Positions 1 to 17,300 of a DNA stretch of 64,000 nt are shown piece after piece. A program made the position numbers and the translations under genes. Position 1 is the stretch's first letter, and each line of letters starts with the position of its first letter. Source of the DNA: Selaginella moellendorffii (Eukaryota; Plantae; Lycopodiophyta); NCBI RefSeq assembly GCF_000143415.4, contig NW_003314419.1, positions 83,715-147,714 on the forward strand. Reading direction: 5' to 3'. The notes below the pieces were generated by a model that was not told the origin of the DNA, did no database searches, and saw nothing but the letters and a program-made list of their open reading frames with translations.

Positions 1-541
1 ATGGGAAACACTAGGTCAAACATTAGTGGAATATATAGTTTCAGAGGGAAAAATGTTAGCATTCAAATCAGACATTAACTTAAAATATTTAAAATAAGCT
101 CTTTGTGAAAAAGGATTGGCCTGGTGAATAAACCCCTTTCTATTGTTATTTGTCAAATCTTTGGACAAGGTTCAGTGAAAGTGGCTTGCCCATGAAAAAG
201 AACTGCCAATGAAACGACCTTGAATGGATCTGTTGAATACACGCAGTGTAAGGACAAGAATCTGGCAATGGTAGTTTCCCCTTATAAGCCTATTTTGCTT
301 TTTCAATGCACTCTAAAATTGGAAAAGATTAAATAAAACTGCATTGAGCAAACTCTGGTCGATCTATTGATTTCCTACAAACATTTATTGGATAATCATA
401 TAGATCTAAAGGTTTTATATTCCTTTCCATTAAAGAGAATTTTAAGTTTCATACACATACTTTAGCGACAGTTAATTGTGATTTTATGAATATTTAGGGC
501 AAGTCAACATCTTATTATTTTTCTGTTGCGTGCGTTTCAGG

Positions 542-3762
<3,221 letters not shown>

Positions 3763-4621
3763 ATGAGCTACCTAGCTTGCTTGTACTTGTCGTAGAACTT
3801 TCTCTTCTTTTTTTTTCCTGGACGTGAATTAAAATACCAAGCTGACAAAGTAAATTGACATAGATGAGTAAGAAATTCCTTCTTGTTGAGTCTGATGTTA
3901 AGCATTCCATTTAACATGTTTTTCTAGAAGTATTCTTAAAACAAGTACGACCATACTTTACTGACATCTTCAGGATTTGTTAGATAAGAAACTATCGATG
4001 ACTGAGGATTAGCATTCACAAACACATGAGAGTTTGACATAGAAAAACTTTAGCCAACTCACTGGGTTCTTTGGGAACTTCCAAGAGAATGCCAATTTTG
4101 GCTCAAACGACAGGCCCATGGCTGCAGAACGTCTGCAACCATTTCATGTTTTATGACGGAGGAAGCGAGTGGAAAAACAGTAAGAGAGATAATGGGAAAG
4201 AGCTGGAGGAAGAGTTTAGATTGTTTCAGTTTATAATTTTATCCACATATAGTTGAGATATCTAATCCCTTTGACAGTTATGCTGAATGGTTTGTATGGA
4301 GAGAGACAAATGTCCAGGTCAATTATATTATATAAAGACATCAGCTGTAACTCATCAGGTGGTTGTTCATGACTCTCGCTGTTGAATTTCCAAAACAATC
4401 AACTTCCACATACATCCCTACTTTTTGGCATTCTGGCTTTTGGAATTTAAACCATAAAACTTCTTCCTTCTCTTTTTTGATTGAATCTTCCTTTGAATCT
4501 AGTTCTGACCAGAGCACACTTACATACGTGTTATGGTAATCCTTCCTTTTGAGGTGTGTTACATTTAGTCCAAATTTGGTTCTGATCTTGTGCATCCACC
4601 CTCCTTTGATCAGTGTGATGA

Positions 4622-4648
4622 CTAGCAGGGATCCCAGCTCTGCTGGGA
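4622..4648 (-). mobile_element. Helitron 3' terminus
   Basis: The minus strand reads TCCCAGC-AGA-GCTGGGA (hairpin), TCCCTG, CTAG, then T. Confidence 0.8.
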
Positions 4649-5289
4649 TAGTTGATTTAATAATTCCTCTAGAATTTTCATTATCTTATAGAGGGAATAA
4701 TTTCTTAGAACTTGCTTCTACTCTTCAATATGTAACAGTCTTTTGGTTTGCAGGTTTCTTTGTGAGTGCACATTTAGTCCCACTGTAACATGCTGGTCCT
4801 AGTTCAATTCTGACACTGTTGATGCATTTGAGAAAAGAGTTGACTGTGCTTAAGTTTACTATAAAAAAACATAAGAAGGGCTAGCCAGTAGCAATAGGAA
4901 ATTTTGATTGCTCACAGCAAGCAAGTTTCTTCAAGAGAAAGCTTTATCATATTCAATGGTGTCCTTTTTATGCTACAGTATGTGAATTAAAACACATGTG
5001 CACTATTAAAAGTTCTGGAGTGGCAATCCCATGAATTAAGTCATTTCATCTACTTTTGGAATCACGTGCTACTATTCTTTAACCCTGTTAAGCTTCCATA
5101 ACCATTATTATCTTGCTGCAGAAAAGCATCAAATAAAGCTGATGTATGTTAGGTGTGGGTATTTATGATTGCATTATTTGATAATTGGATATATAGTGAA
5201 AGTCACTTTCTTTTGCAAGTTCCTTATAACTGCAAGAAAAATCACATGTAACTATTTTAAGAGCATGCAAAAGATTAATGGAATCCACA

Positions 5290-6726
5290 TACCTTAGGTG
5301 TCAAGACCGAGTATGTAAAACCTGAGTTTCTCTATGTCTTAGTATCTTTTGAGCTTACTACAGATCTTGAAATTGAAAATATTCAAGTGGACACCATCAA
5401 TGTGCAAAGAAAATGCAGGATATTTCTCATCTCAGTTCCTTGGTTGGCAATCCTATGATTTCTTGTGCAGCCTCTTGAAATGCAACAGCCCACATGCTGC
5501 TGCTATCCTCTATGCACATCTTTAGAGCATACTTGAACTCCACCTGTGTTGTCTCAATATTGCAAGAGCTGCAATAACCAGCCATCTGCTGTTCGGGTAG
5601 CATTTTTGCCACATTGCCATCCATTCATGAGATTAATACATGTGCTGTAACAGAACTCATCTCTCTTCATTTCCTTCACAATAGCTATCACTCTGTAAGC
5701 AGGGGTGCTTTCCAACACCTTTAGCTGCATGTTTGATATCTCTGACAAAGTTGTGGTGTGGCTAACAGTCTGTCTTGATGATGATGTGCTCAAATGTATG
5801 AATTTAGTGACATTGTAGTACAGTGACCTCCACTCTCACAAATCAGTCACTGGTTCTATTTCTGGTTCAATGAGAATAGTGCTCAGACCAATTGCTGAAA
5901 TTGATTTATCATTCCACCATTGACACATATAATTGGCTGAACCCCATATATGAGCCTTCTTCTTCTGCTTTTAAATCCCACAGGCACAGGTCAACACTAT
6001 GGCCCGATTTGTCACATAGACACAGTGTTCTCTTCTTCACAAAAGATCCATTGTCATGCGATGTCATAGTAATTGCAAATGCATATTACAATGCCAATCA
6101 CGTCAACGAAGGAGTGCTTTTCCACCTGACACGCCTCTAAGATGCTTTTTCTTGCCAGGACAGTTTTTGGGAATGATGTATGCTCATCCAGTGCTACCTT
6201 TGCTAGCTTGAATATCCCAGGTCGCTTTAGATGGTGTATGCCTGATTAGAACGTCGTATTCCACCAAATGAATACACAGTGCCCTGAACAATCTTGGAAA
6301 AAGCCACCACACAATCATCAGAACTGACAATTCTGATCTCAGTTCCTGGGAAATCAACAACGTCAAATGACGTCATGCATCTAAACCTTTTCGTGTTGAA
6401 ATGTCTCAATGTTCTTGTGTGTAACTCTTGAGCGGTATGACCACCTGTAAGAACAGTCACTGATATCTTTGATGTACACCCCTTTTACAGTGGCCCTTAC
6501 AGGAATGGAAACTGTAATATATTGTTCTTCTGTTTTTTCTTTGCCAGTCTAATGCATTGATGGTGTAAGCGTCCGATTGGTTTGGAGCTCCGTGCCTCAA
6601 AGCGTCCTCCTCGATCACTTGGATAGCTTGTTCCACCACTCCCCTCTTAAAATGAGAAAACAGAGGATTGTGCTTGCAGAGATTATCTCCTCCAATTCTC
6701 TCGAGAAATTTACCGAGAATGGCCAC
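5290..6726 (-). pseudogene. Degenerate RPA70-like OB-fold gene, probably Helitron-borne
   Basis: Frameshifted pieces SFDVVDFPGTEIRIV (OB fold), FCYSTC..CGK and CSSCN..KYALKMCIEDSS..WAVAFQEAAQEIIG (RPA1 C-terminal zinc-binding OB fold). It lies upstream of, and on the same strand as, the Helitron end at 4622. Confidence 0.75.
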
Positions 6727-7058
6727 TTGTTGTAAGGGGCTTGAATGGGTAAGGCCTTGTCCTCCTTGGATAGCTAACGCAATGTCATCTTCACGAGCTA
6801 TGCAGGCATGTAGCTCAGAATTGCAAACCAGTCCTACTGCACTACCTACGCTGTCCCTACTGGCAAAACTTTACACAGCCAGATAGTTTTGCTTAAAGCT
6901 TAGAAGTTCAAGTTCAAAGCTTTATGCAAAACTATCATGTTCAAATTATAACATTACATATTATAATAGCTTTTAGAAGTAATTATTTTTATGTTTTTTA
7001 AAAATTATTTTCCTTAGTATATTAGTAGAAAATGAATTGTCAAAGATAAATTTTTCTA

Positions 7059-7089
7059 TCCCACCCACCGCAGCTGGAGTCTTGGCTAG
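7059..7089 (+). mobile_element. Degenerate Helitron 3' terminus
   Basis: TCCCACCCACCGCAGCTGGAGTCTTGG-CTAG|T resembles the other ends, but the hairpin is imperfect. Confidence 0.5.
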
Positions 7090-8798
7090 TTTAAACAAAT
7101 GTGCCCCTTAATCTAGGTGTTATATATTCTTCCAAGATTCTAAGATCTAACGGTTGACGTAACATTTAGGGTCATAAAAATATTTGAAATGTGTCATTTA
7201 GGGCGGGAGAGAGCGACGGGAGACGAGGGTATCATTAGACATCACATCACCTGCGACATGAAATCTTCCGCGTTTGCAACACCTGAGACTCCGATCCAGC
7301 CCTTTTTCAATGACACAAGTACCCGACTAGATTCTCCGGGAGCTTGTGGAGCCTGGCATCTTTGCAGCACAAGATCAACGTCCCACAAAGCGTGGACAAG
7401 GAGTGACAAGAGTGATCTCAAGTGCTTGCCACGCAGTTGTGATCTTCTCTTTCCTTGCTTCCTGGAGCTTCGATCGGTGGCTGCTCAGAATGAAACAACC
7501 TCTACGACTTCCAGGTCAGTTTGTGAGTTTCGAGCATCAAAAGCTCATCGAATTGCCACCACCCAGGTCGTAAGCTCAATGGTGAGGAGGCTGGGAAGAA
7601 CAAAGAACATTACCAGGCGAGCTCCCAGGACCAACAATCTATGCCAATGATGGTGATAGGCTTCTCATTACAGTAATAAACACTGTGAAGTACATGTTGT
7701 CGATTCATTGGTGATGAGCAGTCTCAAAAGGTCCAACACATTCTGTGATCTAATGCTCTGTCACAGGCATGGAATCTGGCAATTTAGAAATCTCGGTGTA
7801 TGTCACGCAGTGTCCTCTCCAACAAGGCTAATCATTCCTTTACAACTTCACCGTGGATTCAGACATGTGAACTCTCTTCTGGCATGCACACAACTGTCTA
7901 TGGAGCCATTGGCAGCCTGGAATGAATGCAATGAAGGGCGTTGCAGAACCTAGGGACTGGTTCAGTTTCAAGGGGGATCCTTGGAGGAAACTCTACCAGG
8001 TAATATAACTGAGGATTGATTAGCCTTGACATGTTGTGTTTTGCAGTCTTGCTTTGGCCTTGGAGACTCGCACTATGGTCTTCCATGACAACTGTGATGA
8101 TACCTTTCTACTTGCTTCCATGGCAAGATGGCTCTCAGCTTTTCAGGTGCCGTGGGCTACTACCCCTGCACCACAACCAAAATATATCAATGTCATGAAG
8201 ATGTTTCTTCACTTAAGATTTTTTCTTAAGAATTTTCCTAATAGATTTAATAAAAAAATATAAAATAATTGTAGATTGATTTAGTTAATTTTGCTATGGA
8301 ACATTGACAGAAATCACTCTCCCCTCTCTTGGCACTCTGTGGAACCCTATTTTCTGATAGAAAAGAGATTTTTTTCAAGAATATACATAGTGGTCTTTCA
8401 AAAAAGGTTTATAAAAAGCAATAGTTTGTGACACAACATCAACCTCTTGCTTTTACATGTAGGCTTTTATGAGTTTTCCAATTCCTTCTCATGCCTCCTG
8501 AGATCTTAGCAAACAAATAATTCAGCCCACTCTTAGCTTTAGAGCTCAACTTCATGCTGCCAATCCAAATAAAAAATGAAATCAAAAGTAACTCATGTCC
8601 CCAGGAAAAATAGAAGCCATACGGATTCACTAATAACACCTATCAAACCAAACCATTTGTTTCACTTTGAGTTCTAATTCGGCTACTTAGATGTTAGATC
8701 CAGGATAATGTATATATCCTGGATTATATACATCCACATCACTGTGAATCCACTCATCTAGAATTCTAATTGTATAAGTGCATACCAATCAATACCAA

Positions 8799-9656
8799 GA
8801 AAATTAGTGATTAAAGTCCCAGCCATGCTGGGAGCATCGTGTTTATTCCTAATATTTTAGTAACTTCAAAGAGTTGTAATAGCAATTGTAATTTTTAACA
8901 TAATCATAATGATAACATACATAGTTAAACATAATATAATATTTATATTAAAAATCCCTTCTACAATTCACTCTATCACCAACACACATCATAACATAAT
9001 AAATATAACTCATATTATTATATCACATTTAAAATTCTGATTGTTGAGTGAAGTCTTCTATTGTAGTTTTCTATTGTATTTTCTATTGTATGGTGTTAGT
9101 GATTCACACTAATTATACAAGGTACACATAAAATAATGATGATTCATTATGTATGATGCATTACTAACCATATCAATTTTAATATAAAATTCCATATGGC
9201 ATATGAAGTCTAGATGATGTTAGCATGATACTTGAATATGAAGTGTTGCATAAGTCAAGCAATATGTATCACATGCTTGAAAACTCTTCTACGATTGTTC
9301 AAGTACCCTTGAACACCACATTCCCACACATGCAAACTTTGCGAAAGGTGACACCGTCCTTGGCAACAAGTTCCAGAGTTTCGGAGTTGACCACTAGTAA
9401 GCTGTCGAGGCAAACGTATTTCATGCCCTGCCAAGCCTTGAGCATGATTTTAACATCGTGTTTTGTGTTAGTGATAGAGTCAATTGTAGAAGGGATTTTT
9501 AACATAAAGATTATATATGTTTAACTATGTATGTTATCATTATGATTATGTTAAAATTACAATTATGATTAGAACTCTTAGAAATTACTAAAACATCAGG
9601 AATAAACACGATGCTCCTAGTGTAGCTGAGACTTTAGACTTTAGTTACTAATTTTC
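8799..9656. repeat. Inverted pair of ~190-bp Helitron-end-like arms flanking an LRR-like fragment
   Basis: ~8799-8990 is the diverged reverse complement of ~9460-9656. Each arm carries the CCCAGC..GCTGGG-type hairpin followed by CTAA. Confidence 0.7.
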
Positions 9657-11562
9657 ATCGCTCCCAGGTTTGATAATGTTATTATACTATATTAAATATA
9701 TTACCATAGACAAAATATAAAAATATTATTATTTAGGTGCTACATCTAAATTTAAAAAAAAACATTAATTTTTTATAATCTATTTATTATATTTTATATT
9801 TTTATATTAAAGTGTTACTTTAAGTATATTAAAATATAATAATGATAAAAAATATAAATTTAAAACACTTTTAAACTGGATATATTTTATAAATTTTAAA
9901 AATATAAATATTGTTATGGAGATTAGTACTTATTAAAAGTTAAAGTATTATATTACATATCATTAACATTGTTTCTGTATATCTTTTTATATAGAGAAAA
10001 TGCTTATATAAATTAAGATTATTATCTCTACATTTCATTGTTTTTTATTTAAATTTATGGCATTATAAAAAATGTTATTGGGGCTAATATTTTTCAGTGA
10101 AAGGTAAGGTTTTACTCTGATATTAGGGTATTGATGATGCGTAATCATTTTTTTCCTGGAATGACATTTCTTAGATTGTAGCCATTTTTATTGTGTCTAA
10201 TGTTGCTCAATCATATTTTTACCTGTATGTCATTTTATTTATTTATCAAATATTTATTTATCAATTCATAAATTATTAGTCTTAAAAACAATATTATCAC
10301 TATATGATATTACACAAATCTTAGACTATATCTTAGCTAACAAACAACTCAATGCAATTATATTCATTTATGAGTGTATAATAAGAATCATAAGATTATT
10401 GACAAATCGAAAGCTAATTTATAGGATAAAATAGCTGGAGCCATTCAACTCTTATATTTTAAGTTATGAAATACATCAATTTCTATATTCACCACATTAT
10501 TTACATTTAAAATTTATAGTATATTTTCTATTGTGTCTGCTATATATGATCTTTGTACAAAACAATTATGTTTAATTTTACTAATGTACTATTGAATCAA
10601 TCAAATACTCTTTGTTATATAAACGTTTTATTCTATAGATCAAAGTGTATGCTGATATATCCACTGGGAGATGTAGCATGTAGAAAATAAATAGATCTTC
10701 TTTTGTAATTCTAAAATGTTAGATATTTTGATTGTATACAATGTTAAATTTATCTTTATTTTACTACTATTCATCTAAAAGGAAATGGAAAATAATGCAA
10801 TTAGATATAATGCAAGTGTTGGGGAACATAAGATCATTTTTTAATCATCATTTTGATTGAAATTGAATTTTTATTGTCCTTATAAAAAAGTACACAAATC
10901 TAGTAACTATTTTGAAATCATTTAATAGTAATTTATTTTTAAATTGGACTTCATATTTTTATCATAAAGCATTAGTATTGGTTTGTCTTAATACAAACAT
11001 TATATCTCTAATATAGTAAATGTTTTTGTTTGTACCTCTTTTCATACACCTCTAATATAGTGTGAATATCTAGATAGATTTACTTATGTATATTTTTAAA
11101 TATAAAACAAGACACATAATAGAAATTCTAATATTCTTTAGTAAACTATGAAAGTTAGAGGCATCAGATAAAAACAGTCTACCTCAATATGCAATCAAAA
11201 TTATAATTTCCAAAAAACTAATCTTTTATTTTTTATAGTATATATAATTCTTTGGTTTTGTGAAAAGTCAATTGCTTTTCAAGTATGGCAGCAATTTTGT
11301 AGATGTGTTTAGGTTTGTGTACCTTTTTATATAGGCAATAAAACAATTTAAATTCAAATTTAATGATGATTAAAAAATGATCTTATCTTCCCCAACACTT
11401 GCATTATTATCTAATTACATTATTGTCCATTTCTTTGGAGATTATTAGTAGTAAATATAAGATAAAATAAAAATAGACATGCCAAGAGAAAGAAAAAAAA
11501 GAAATAGATTGAACAATTATAATTACAATTACATTTTTTCAAATTGAAAATATTCTCTACTA

Positions 11563-11590
11563 CTCCGAGCAGAGCTGGGATCTTTGCTAG
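11563..11590 (+). mobile_element. Helitron 3' terminus
   Basis: CTCCGAGCAGAGCTGGGATCTTTG-CTAG|T, same family as 4622. Confidence 0.7.
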
Positions 11591-11673
11591 TCTTACTCTT
11601 TATTTAAAGTTGCTATTTTGGCATTAGCGTCACATATTCCATTTTTAGAATATCAATTTTTACTTATGGCAGA

Positions 11674-11700
11674 CTAGCAAGGAATCCAGCTCCGCTGGAA
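11674..11700 (-). mobile_element. Helitron 3' terminus
   Basis: The minus strand reads TTCCAGC-GGA-GCTGGA (hairpin), TTCCTTG, CTAG|T. Confidence 0.75.
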
Positions 11701-12120
11701 TAGATAGGACATCTGTTACATAGGTGACATGAATCCTAAAGAATTAGTTGTTTTTTTTCATCATTCAGTAGTGATGATGTATATTTTTTAAATCGTTTGT
11801 CTGAAATTCATAATGTCATTTTAGTGTAGAGATTGATAGTTATACCTTGGAGATCATCAATATCCACAAATACTTTTTATGACAATGGAACATTGTCTTT
11901 GTATATACCCTTTCTTTTATTGGTAACAAAAGTAATATAAACAGATGGTCTCTCATATCCCATATTGTTGCAATTATTATCACTGTATAGGAAGTTATTA
12001 TAGAAATTTAAAATTATAGAAAGGATTCTAATCAATATCTTTTATGTATAACTTGCAAGATGGCAGGGTCAGTAAGGAATCTCTTGTATCCTTTCATGGT
12101 CTAAATGTTTCTTTCTTCAG

Positions 12121-12430
12121 ATCCTTGAGGAACTTCGAGCAGAAGGTGTTCCGGATTATTTGACTCCTCACAGTTTCTGAATGTTCTTTCCTTGCTGCTC
12201 TACAGTTACCTAGCATGCTAGGTGAAAGTCTGCAAGAATTCACCAGGAACCATCCAGCCTTGAGCATGCTGCTACCAACTCTAAAGCCATATACAGTTGG
12301 CCATCTTCTATCTTTGTATGATCACTGGGTCGTGGTGCAGGGATTTATCTGGGGAATCAACTACAGATACATTTATCATATACAAATTCATACATATACT
12401 TCTTTGATCAATGGGGTGTGAACTCAGCAA
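12121..12430 (+). pseudogene. Cytosolic glucose-6-phosphate isomerase (PgiC) C-terminal fragment
   Basis: [53 protein letters not shown], a ~40-bp insert, then SFDQWGV. Confidence 0.85.
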
Positions 12431-12532
12431 TGTAAACTTGGTTAAACCTTGGTTAGGGAGATTGCCATTTCCTTGGCTCACAAGCCATCTTGACCATTCT
12501 TTTTCTTCTGGGTTTACTTGCATGTATGGAAT

Positions 12533-12974
12533 TTCTTAGCTCAATTCTCAATTTTGAAGAAATTCTTCTTGATCTCATAGGATCCCTTTCTAAGGTCAAC
12601 ATTAGCCTCCCCAGCAATTACCTATTAAAGCCTCTCAAGATAATGTGGAAAGGAGGAAGAATTCAACGATCTTATCTCTTGTTGGAAAATGTAGGTGGTG
12701 TTTAAAACGTGAATCTATCACTGCAACATTCTTCCTAGTGGACAGATATTCTTGAAAACTCTCAAGGAGAATTAAAGTCCAGCTCTTACAATTTCCAAAG
12801 TTTTGTTTTGATTTGTGCATTGCTGGGTGAGCCAGATACTTATGACTTTGCTCTTTGTTTTTCTTGAACTTATCTTCTTGTAGTTGATCCTTTGGTGGGA
12901 AGTATAACCTGTGAATATTTGTCCAAAATGCTGGTAGTTTCTGACCATGTTGTGATCGACGGGGGGCCAAATCT
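12533..12974. repeat. ~440-bp direct duplication, copy 1 (copy 2 at 19251-19693)
   Basis: Highly similar sequence; the ORF track gives near-identical peptides at both sites. Confidence 0.9.
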
Positions 12975-13014
12975 CCCAGGGGGGCCAAATTATAATGTTA
13001 TATCTATATATATA

Positions 13015-13114
13015 NNNNNNNNNNNNNNNNNNNNNNNNNNNNNNNNNNNNNNNNNNNNNNNNNNNNNNNNNNNNNNNNNNNNNNNNNNNNNNNNNNNNNN
13101 NNNNNNNNNNNNNN
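13015..13114. other. Assembly gap (100 N)
   Basis: Run of N after a TA repeat. Confidence 1.
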
Positions 13115-13269
13115 GAAAACATTTTTTTGTCCATACAGAGATCAAGGATGCAGTAATGATAGGAAAGCTAAAAGATCTCAATGTGGATCTCAAAAATACA
13201 GGTAATGATCTGGTCAAATTTACTGGAAGGTAGAGAGTTCTTTTTTCCAATGAACAACTTATCATTTGT

Positions 13270-13905
13270 AGATGTTTTCCAGGAGAATGACTTGTAAATG
13301 CCATTGAGTGGCTTCAAAGAGCCACGAGTTTCAAGACACAAGTACAGTAAACATGCTAATTTTGTTCCATTTCAACATGTCAATTGAGTTATTTCTTCTT
13401 GTATAGGGAACTGACTATCTCAAGTATGAAAATTGCTTTCACAAGAAAAATCAGCCTTCGCTCAGTATGCAAATAATGTTTGCATCTCAGAAATGGGGCA
13501 ACACCACCACAAAACCCAGTGAGTGAGGCTCTCAACAAAAGCAAACATCCTATCTTCTATGCAATGTGTGAATGGTAATTAAATTTTTTTTTCTTGCTAT
13601 CTCTTGCGATATAAGAGCTCATGTTTCTGTGCATAGGGGAGCACATCATCCAACCATGTGGGCTGGGAAGTATGTGAATAGCTGACAGACATCACTAAAG
13701 ACAGATAGCCATGGTAAAGTTCTCCTAGCTCTTCTTCTTTTTCCCTTCTATGACCAGCTTTGCTTGCAGTATAGAGTTGCTAGTGGATGCTAACAATTTG
13801 TGGGCATCCCGGAGGCTGGAACAGTGAGATCAATGGTTGGCTTTGCATAAATTTCTCAAGCTTCTCTCTTTTAGATCCCAACATGCTCCAAGTGGGGAAT
13901 GGTTG
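13270..13905 (+). pseudogene. GH27 alpha-galactosidase internal fragment with introns
   Basis: Exons encode GTDYLKYENCF, EALNKSKHPIFYAMCEW, WAGKYVNS*, VDANNLWAS..PGGWN and DPNMLQVGNG, with stops and frameshifts. Confidence 0.85.
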
Positions 13906-14074
13906 AATGTCCTTGGCTGAGTATTGTTCACATTGCAGCATGTGTATCATAAAGGTTTTGAGTGGATAGAAATAAAAGATTGTAAATTAGCAGAATCAGC
14001 TAATATAATATTTAATTATAATTATTTAATTCATTCATTATTAATTCAATAATAATATTAATAAAATAATTAAT

Positions 14075-14240
14075 TGTGAGTGAGGAAAGGGAATATAGAA
14101 ATGTGCATATCAATTAGCCCAAAAACCCTAGCTTATATACAGGAGTGAGTGGTCCGGATTAAAACCAATCCGACGGCTACCAAAATCCCACTACGCTAAT
14201 ATTAGTATATGGCATCGTAGCCGTACACTTGGCCCTCACA
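14075..14240 (-). repeat. 3' LTR of the 5-kb gypsy element
   Basis: TGTGAG...CTCACA; 7 mismatches to 18895-19060. Confidence 0.95.
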
Positions 14241-14350
14241 TCATCCCCTCCTCTCGGAATAATGGAAGGCCGTCAGGGTTCTCTTGTAGATGAGCCGGGA
14301 TCTGGAGGAACATCAGGAGGAGGCATCAGTGGATCTGTAGACGGTATTAA

Positions 14351-17300
14351 CTACTCATGATCCCTTTGTATGAAGCATTTTAACCGCTGCACATGCACAA
14401 TCTCCGGAGGATCGGCCTGTTGAACGTCATGCCGAACCTCATAAACTTGTGGTCCAACTTGCCGCAACACCCGATACGGTCCTTTCCACTGCGCAAGGAG
14501 CCCCTTAGATAAACCACGTACCGTAAGATGGGGAAAACAGACTAACACCAAATCATCCACTTTGTACTCCGCAGGTGGACGATGATGGGAATTGTAGTGC
14601 CATTGTTGTCCCACTTGTACACGGCCTAAGTGTTCAGCAGACTCTGCTCGGACAAGTGGAAGAATGTTTGTCAAATATTGATTCCATGACCTAGCATCAG
14701 GAGCTCGTGGCAATCGCGAAGGTAAACCCAGCTCTGTTGGTAATATTAGATCATGATCATATAGAAGTTTATATGGTGAAGCACCAACAGAACTCTGCAC
14801 CCTTGTGACATAGGCATACCGAAGAGACGGCAAATAACCATCCCAATCCGAATGTTGAAAGTTCACATACTTCGCAATCATCCCTTTGAATGTCCGAACG
14901 AGCCGTTCCACCAGACCGTCTGATTGTGGATGATAAACACTCGTAAAAGTGTGGTGTATCCCCAACCGAGATGTCAAAACATGAAATACCTCAGCTATAA
15001 ATGCAGGACCATTATCCAAAAGAATCCGCTCTAGACAAGAATGCTGGAACACCACTCGATTGAGGAGGAAGTATCCAATAGCAGTTGCAGAGGCACTAGC
15101 AAGAGCACCAACTTCCACCCAACAAGTCAAGTAGTCAGAAGCAATAATAACATACTCATTGCCAGTAGTCGATCGTGGAAAAGGTCCCATAACATCAAAC
15201 GCCACCAACTCAAACGGACGAGAAGCTGCAATTGACTCTAACCGTCCTTCCGCAGCACAAGGGGGAGTATTACGAGCTTGGCACTAAACGCAGCTACGCA
15301 CATACTGGATAATATCACGTCGCATCTCTGGCCAATAGAAAGATTTGCGCAGCTTCTCGGTGACACGACGGTGTCCCATATGCCCACCTAGAACAGGAGA
15401 ATCATGGTAGGCATGGAGAAACCGCGGAATAAACACCGAAGGCACCACCAGCCGTAAATGATCATCAGGATCCGTCCCCACAAAATAAAGAAGGCCATCT
15501 TCAAGGCGATATTGAGAATGTAAATGCCGGAAAGGTAAGTCATCAGCAAGTGATGCAAGATTCTCAAACCCATCTCGAAGCCTTCAAATCCACGGCTCAA
15601 TCTTTTGAGCCTCGTGAACCTCATCAAGAGAAGGTGGATCTTGCTCTGCGCCCTGTGGACACTGAACATCAAGGACAGCAACCACTAATGGCACAGAATC
15701 CTCATCTAGAAAAAATCCACAGATGCTGGAACAACAAGTTTGTCAGAAACATGAGAAGTGAGTGGAGAAGGAAGAGGAGCTCGAGAAAGGGCATCAGCAT
15801 CAGCCATAGAACTCCCTGGGTGATGAACAACATCAAAATCATATATCTAAAGCTTCAAAGCCCATCGAGCCGTATGACCAACCAGGTTCTTCCGCTTCAA
15901 TAATGAAGTAACAGCAGCATGGTCACCTTCAAGTAACATCCAAGAACCATGTAGATATGCATGAAGTTTCTCAAAACCCCAGACTGCTACTAAACACTCC
16001 TTCTCCGTCGTGGAGTAGTTCATCTCCGCTGGTTGTAATGTACAGCTTATGTATGCAATGGGATAGCCCTGACCAGGCACACTCGAGCTCTCTTGCATCA
16101 ACACACCTCCAAGACCAATGTCAGAAGCATCCACGCGCAAAATAAAAGGTCGAGTGTAGATAGGATATGCCAAAACCGAAGGAGTCGTCAATAGCTCTTT
16201 GAGATTCACGAACACCCGCTCACAATCTGGAGACCAGATGAAAGATGACGTTGATAACTTCAGCAACGCTCGCAATGGTGTAGTGCGATCGGAAAGATGA
16301 TCCACAAAACGACTGAGATACTGCACCTTACCCAAAAAGCGCTGCACATCATTCACACACTTCGGAGTAGGGAACTTTAGAACAGCCACAAGTTTGTCAG
16401 GATCAACTTGCAAACCCTCACGAGAAATACGGTACCCAAGATAAGTTGTGTCCTTGGACCCAAACACGCACTTTGACCACTTCAGCTTTAAACCAACGTC
16501 ACATAGCCAATCCAACACTTTACAAACATCACGAACGTGCTCCTCCCATGTCCCCTCTGAGTGGATCAAGACATCATCAATGAAGTTAGCTGTCACCTCC
16601 GGCATATCGCAAAGAACCTCGTCCATCATCTGCTGAAAAGTTGCTGAAACATTGTTCAAACCAAGCGGCATCACCAAGAACTCGTACAAACTAGATGGTG
16701 TACGAAAAGCAGTCTTAGGAATATCTTTTTCGGCCATCGGTACTTGCCAATACCCAGAAGCAAGATCTAGCTTGGTGAACCAACGACTTCGCCCCAGACG
16801 ATCCAAGAGATCAGCAGTGTGAGGAAGAGGGTACACGTCTAGGATCGTCACTTCATTTAACGGACAATAGTCGATGCAGAAACGAATACTTCCATCAGGC
16901 TTCGTCACAAGATGAGGTTCACATGCCCAAAGACTCCACGACTTTCGAATAACACCCTTCTCCAACATCTCCTTGATGTTTGCATATAAAATCTTGATCT
17001 CCTTGGGTGACTGACGACGAATAAGCACCTTGATTGGACGAGCATCCCCGGTTGGAATGGGATGACGTGTGGCAATCTTGGCCCCAGACGATAGGTCAAA
17101 TTCAAAGAGATCAGAATACTCCTTCATGAGCTGGTCAACAGCTGCAACACAAAGATCATCGGAGGGATTGGAAAAGAGAAGAGTGGAACAAGTTGGAAAT
17201 ACAAGAGGAAACAGTGGGGGAACAAAAGTAATGGAAGTAGAGGTAGAAGTAGAGGGACGAAGAGGTACGGAAGTGAGAGGAATGGATGAAACATAAGGAA

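Noticed and set aside
7189-8263. GC-richer coding-like stretch, possibly an F-box/kelch-type fragment
   Set aside because: No motif could be identified with confidence.
12772-13304. ORFs containing X runs
   Set aside because: Artefacts of the 100-N gap.
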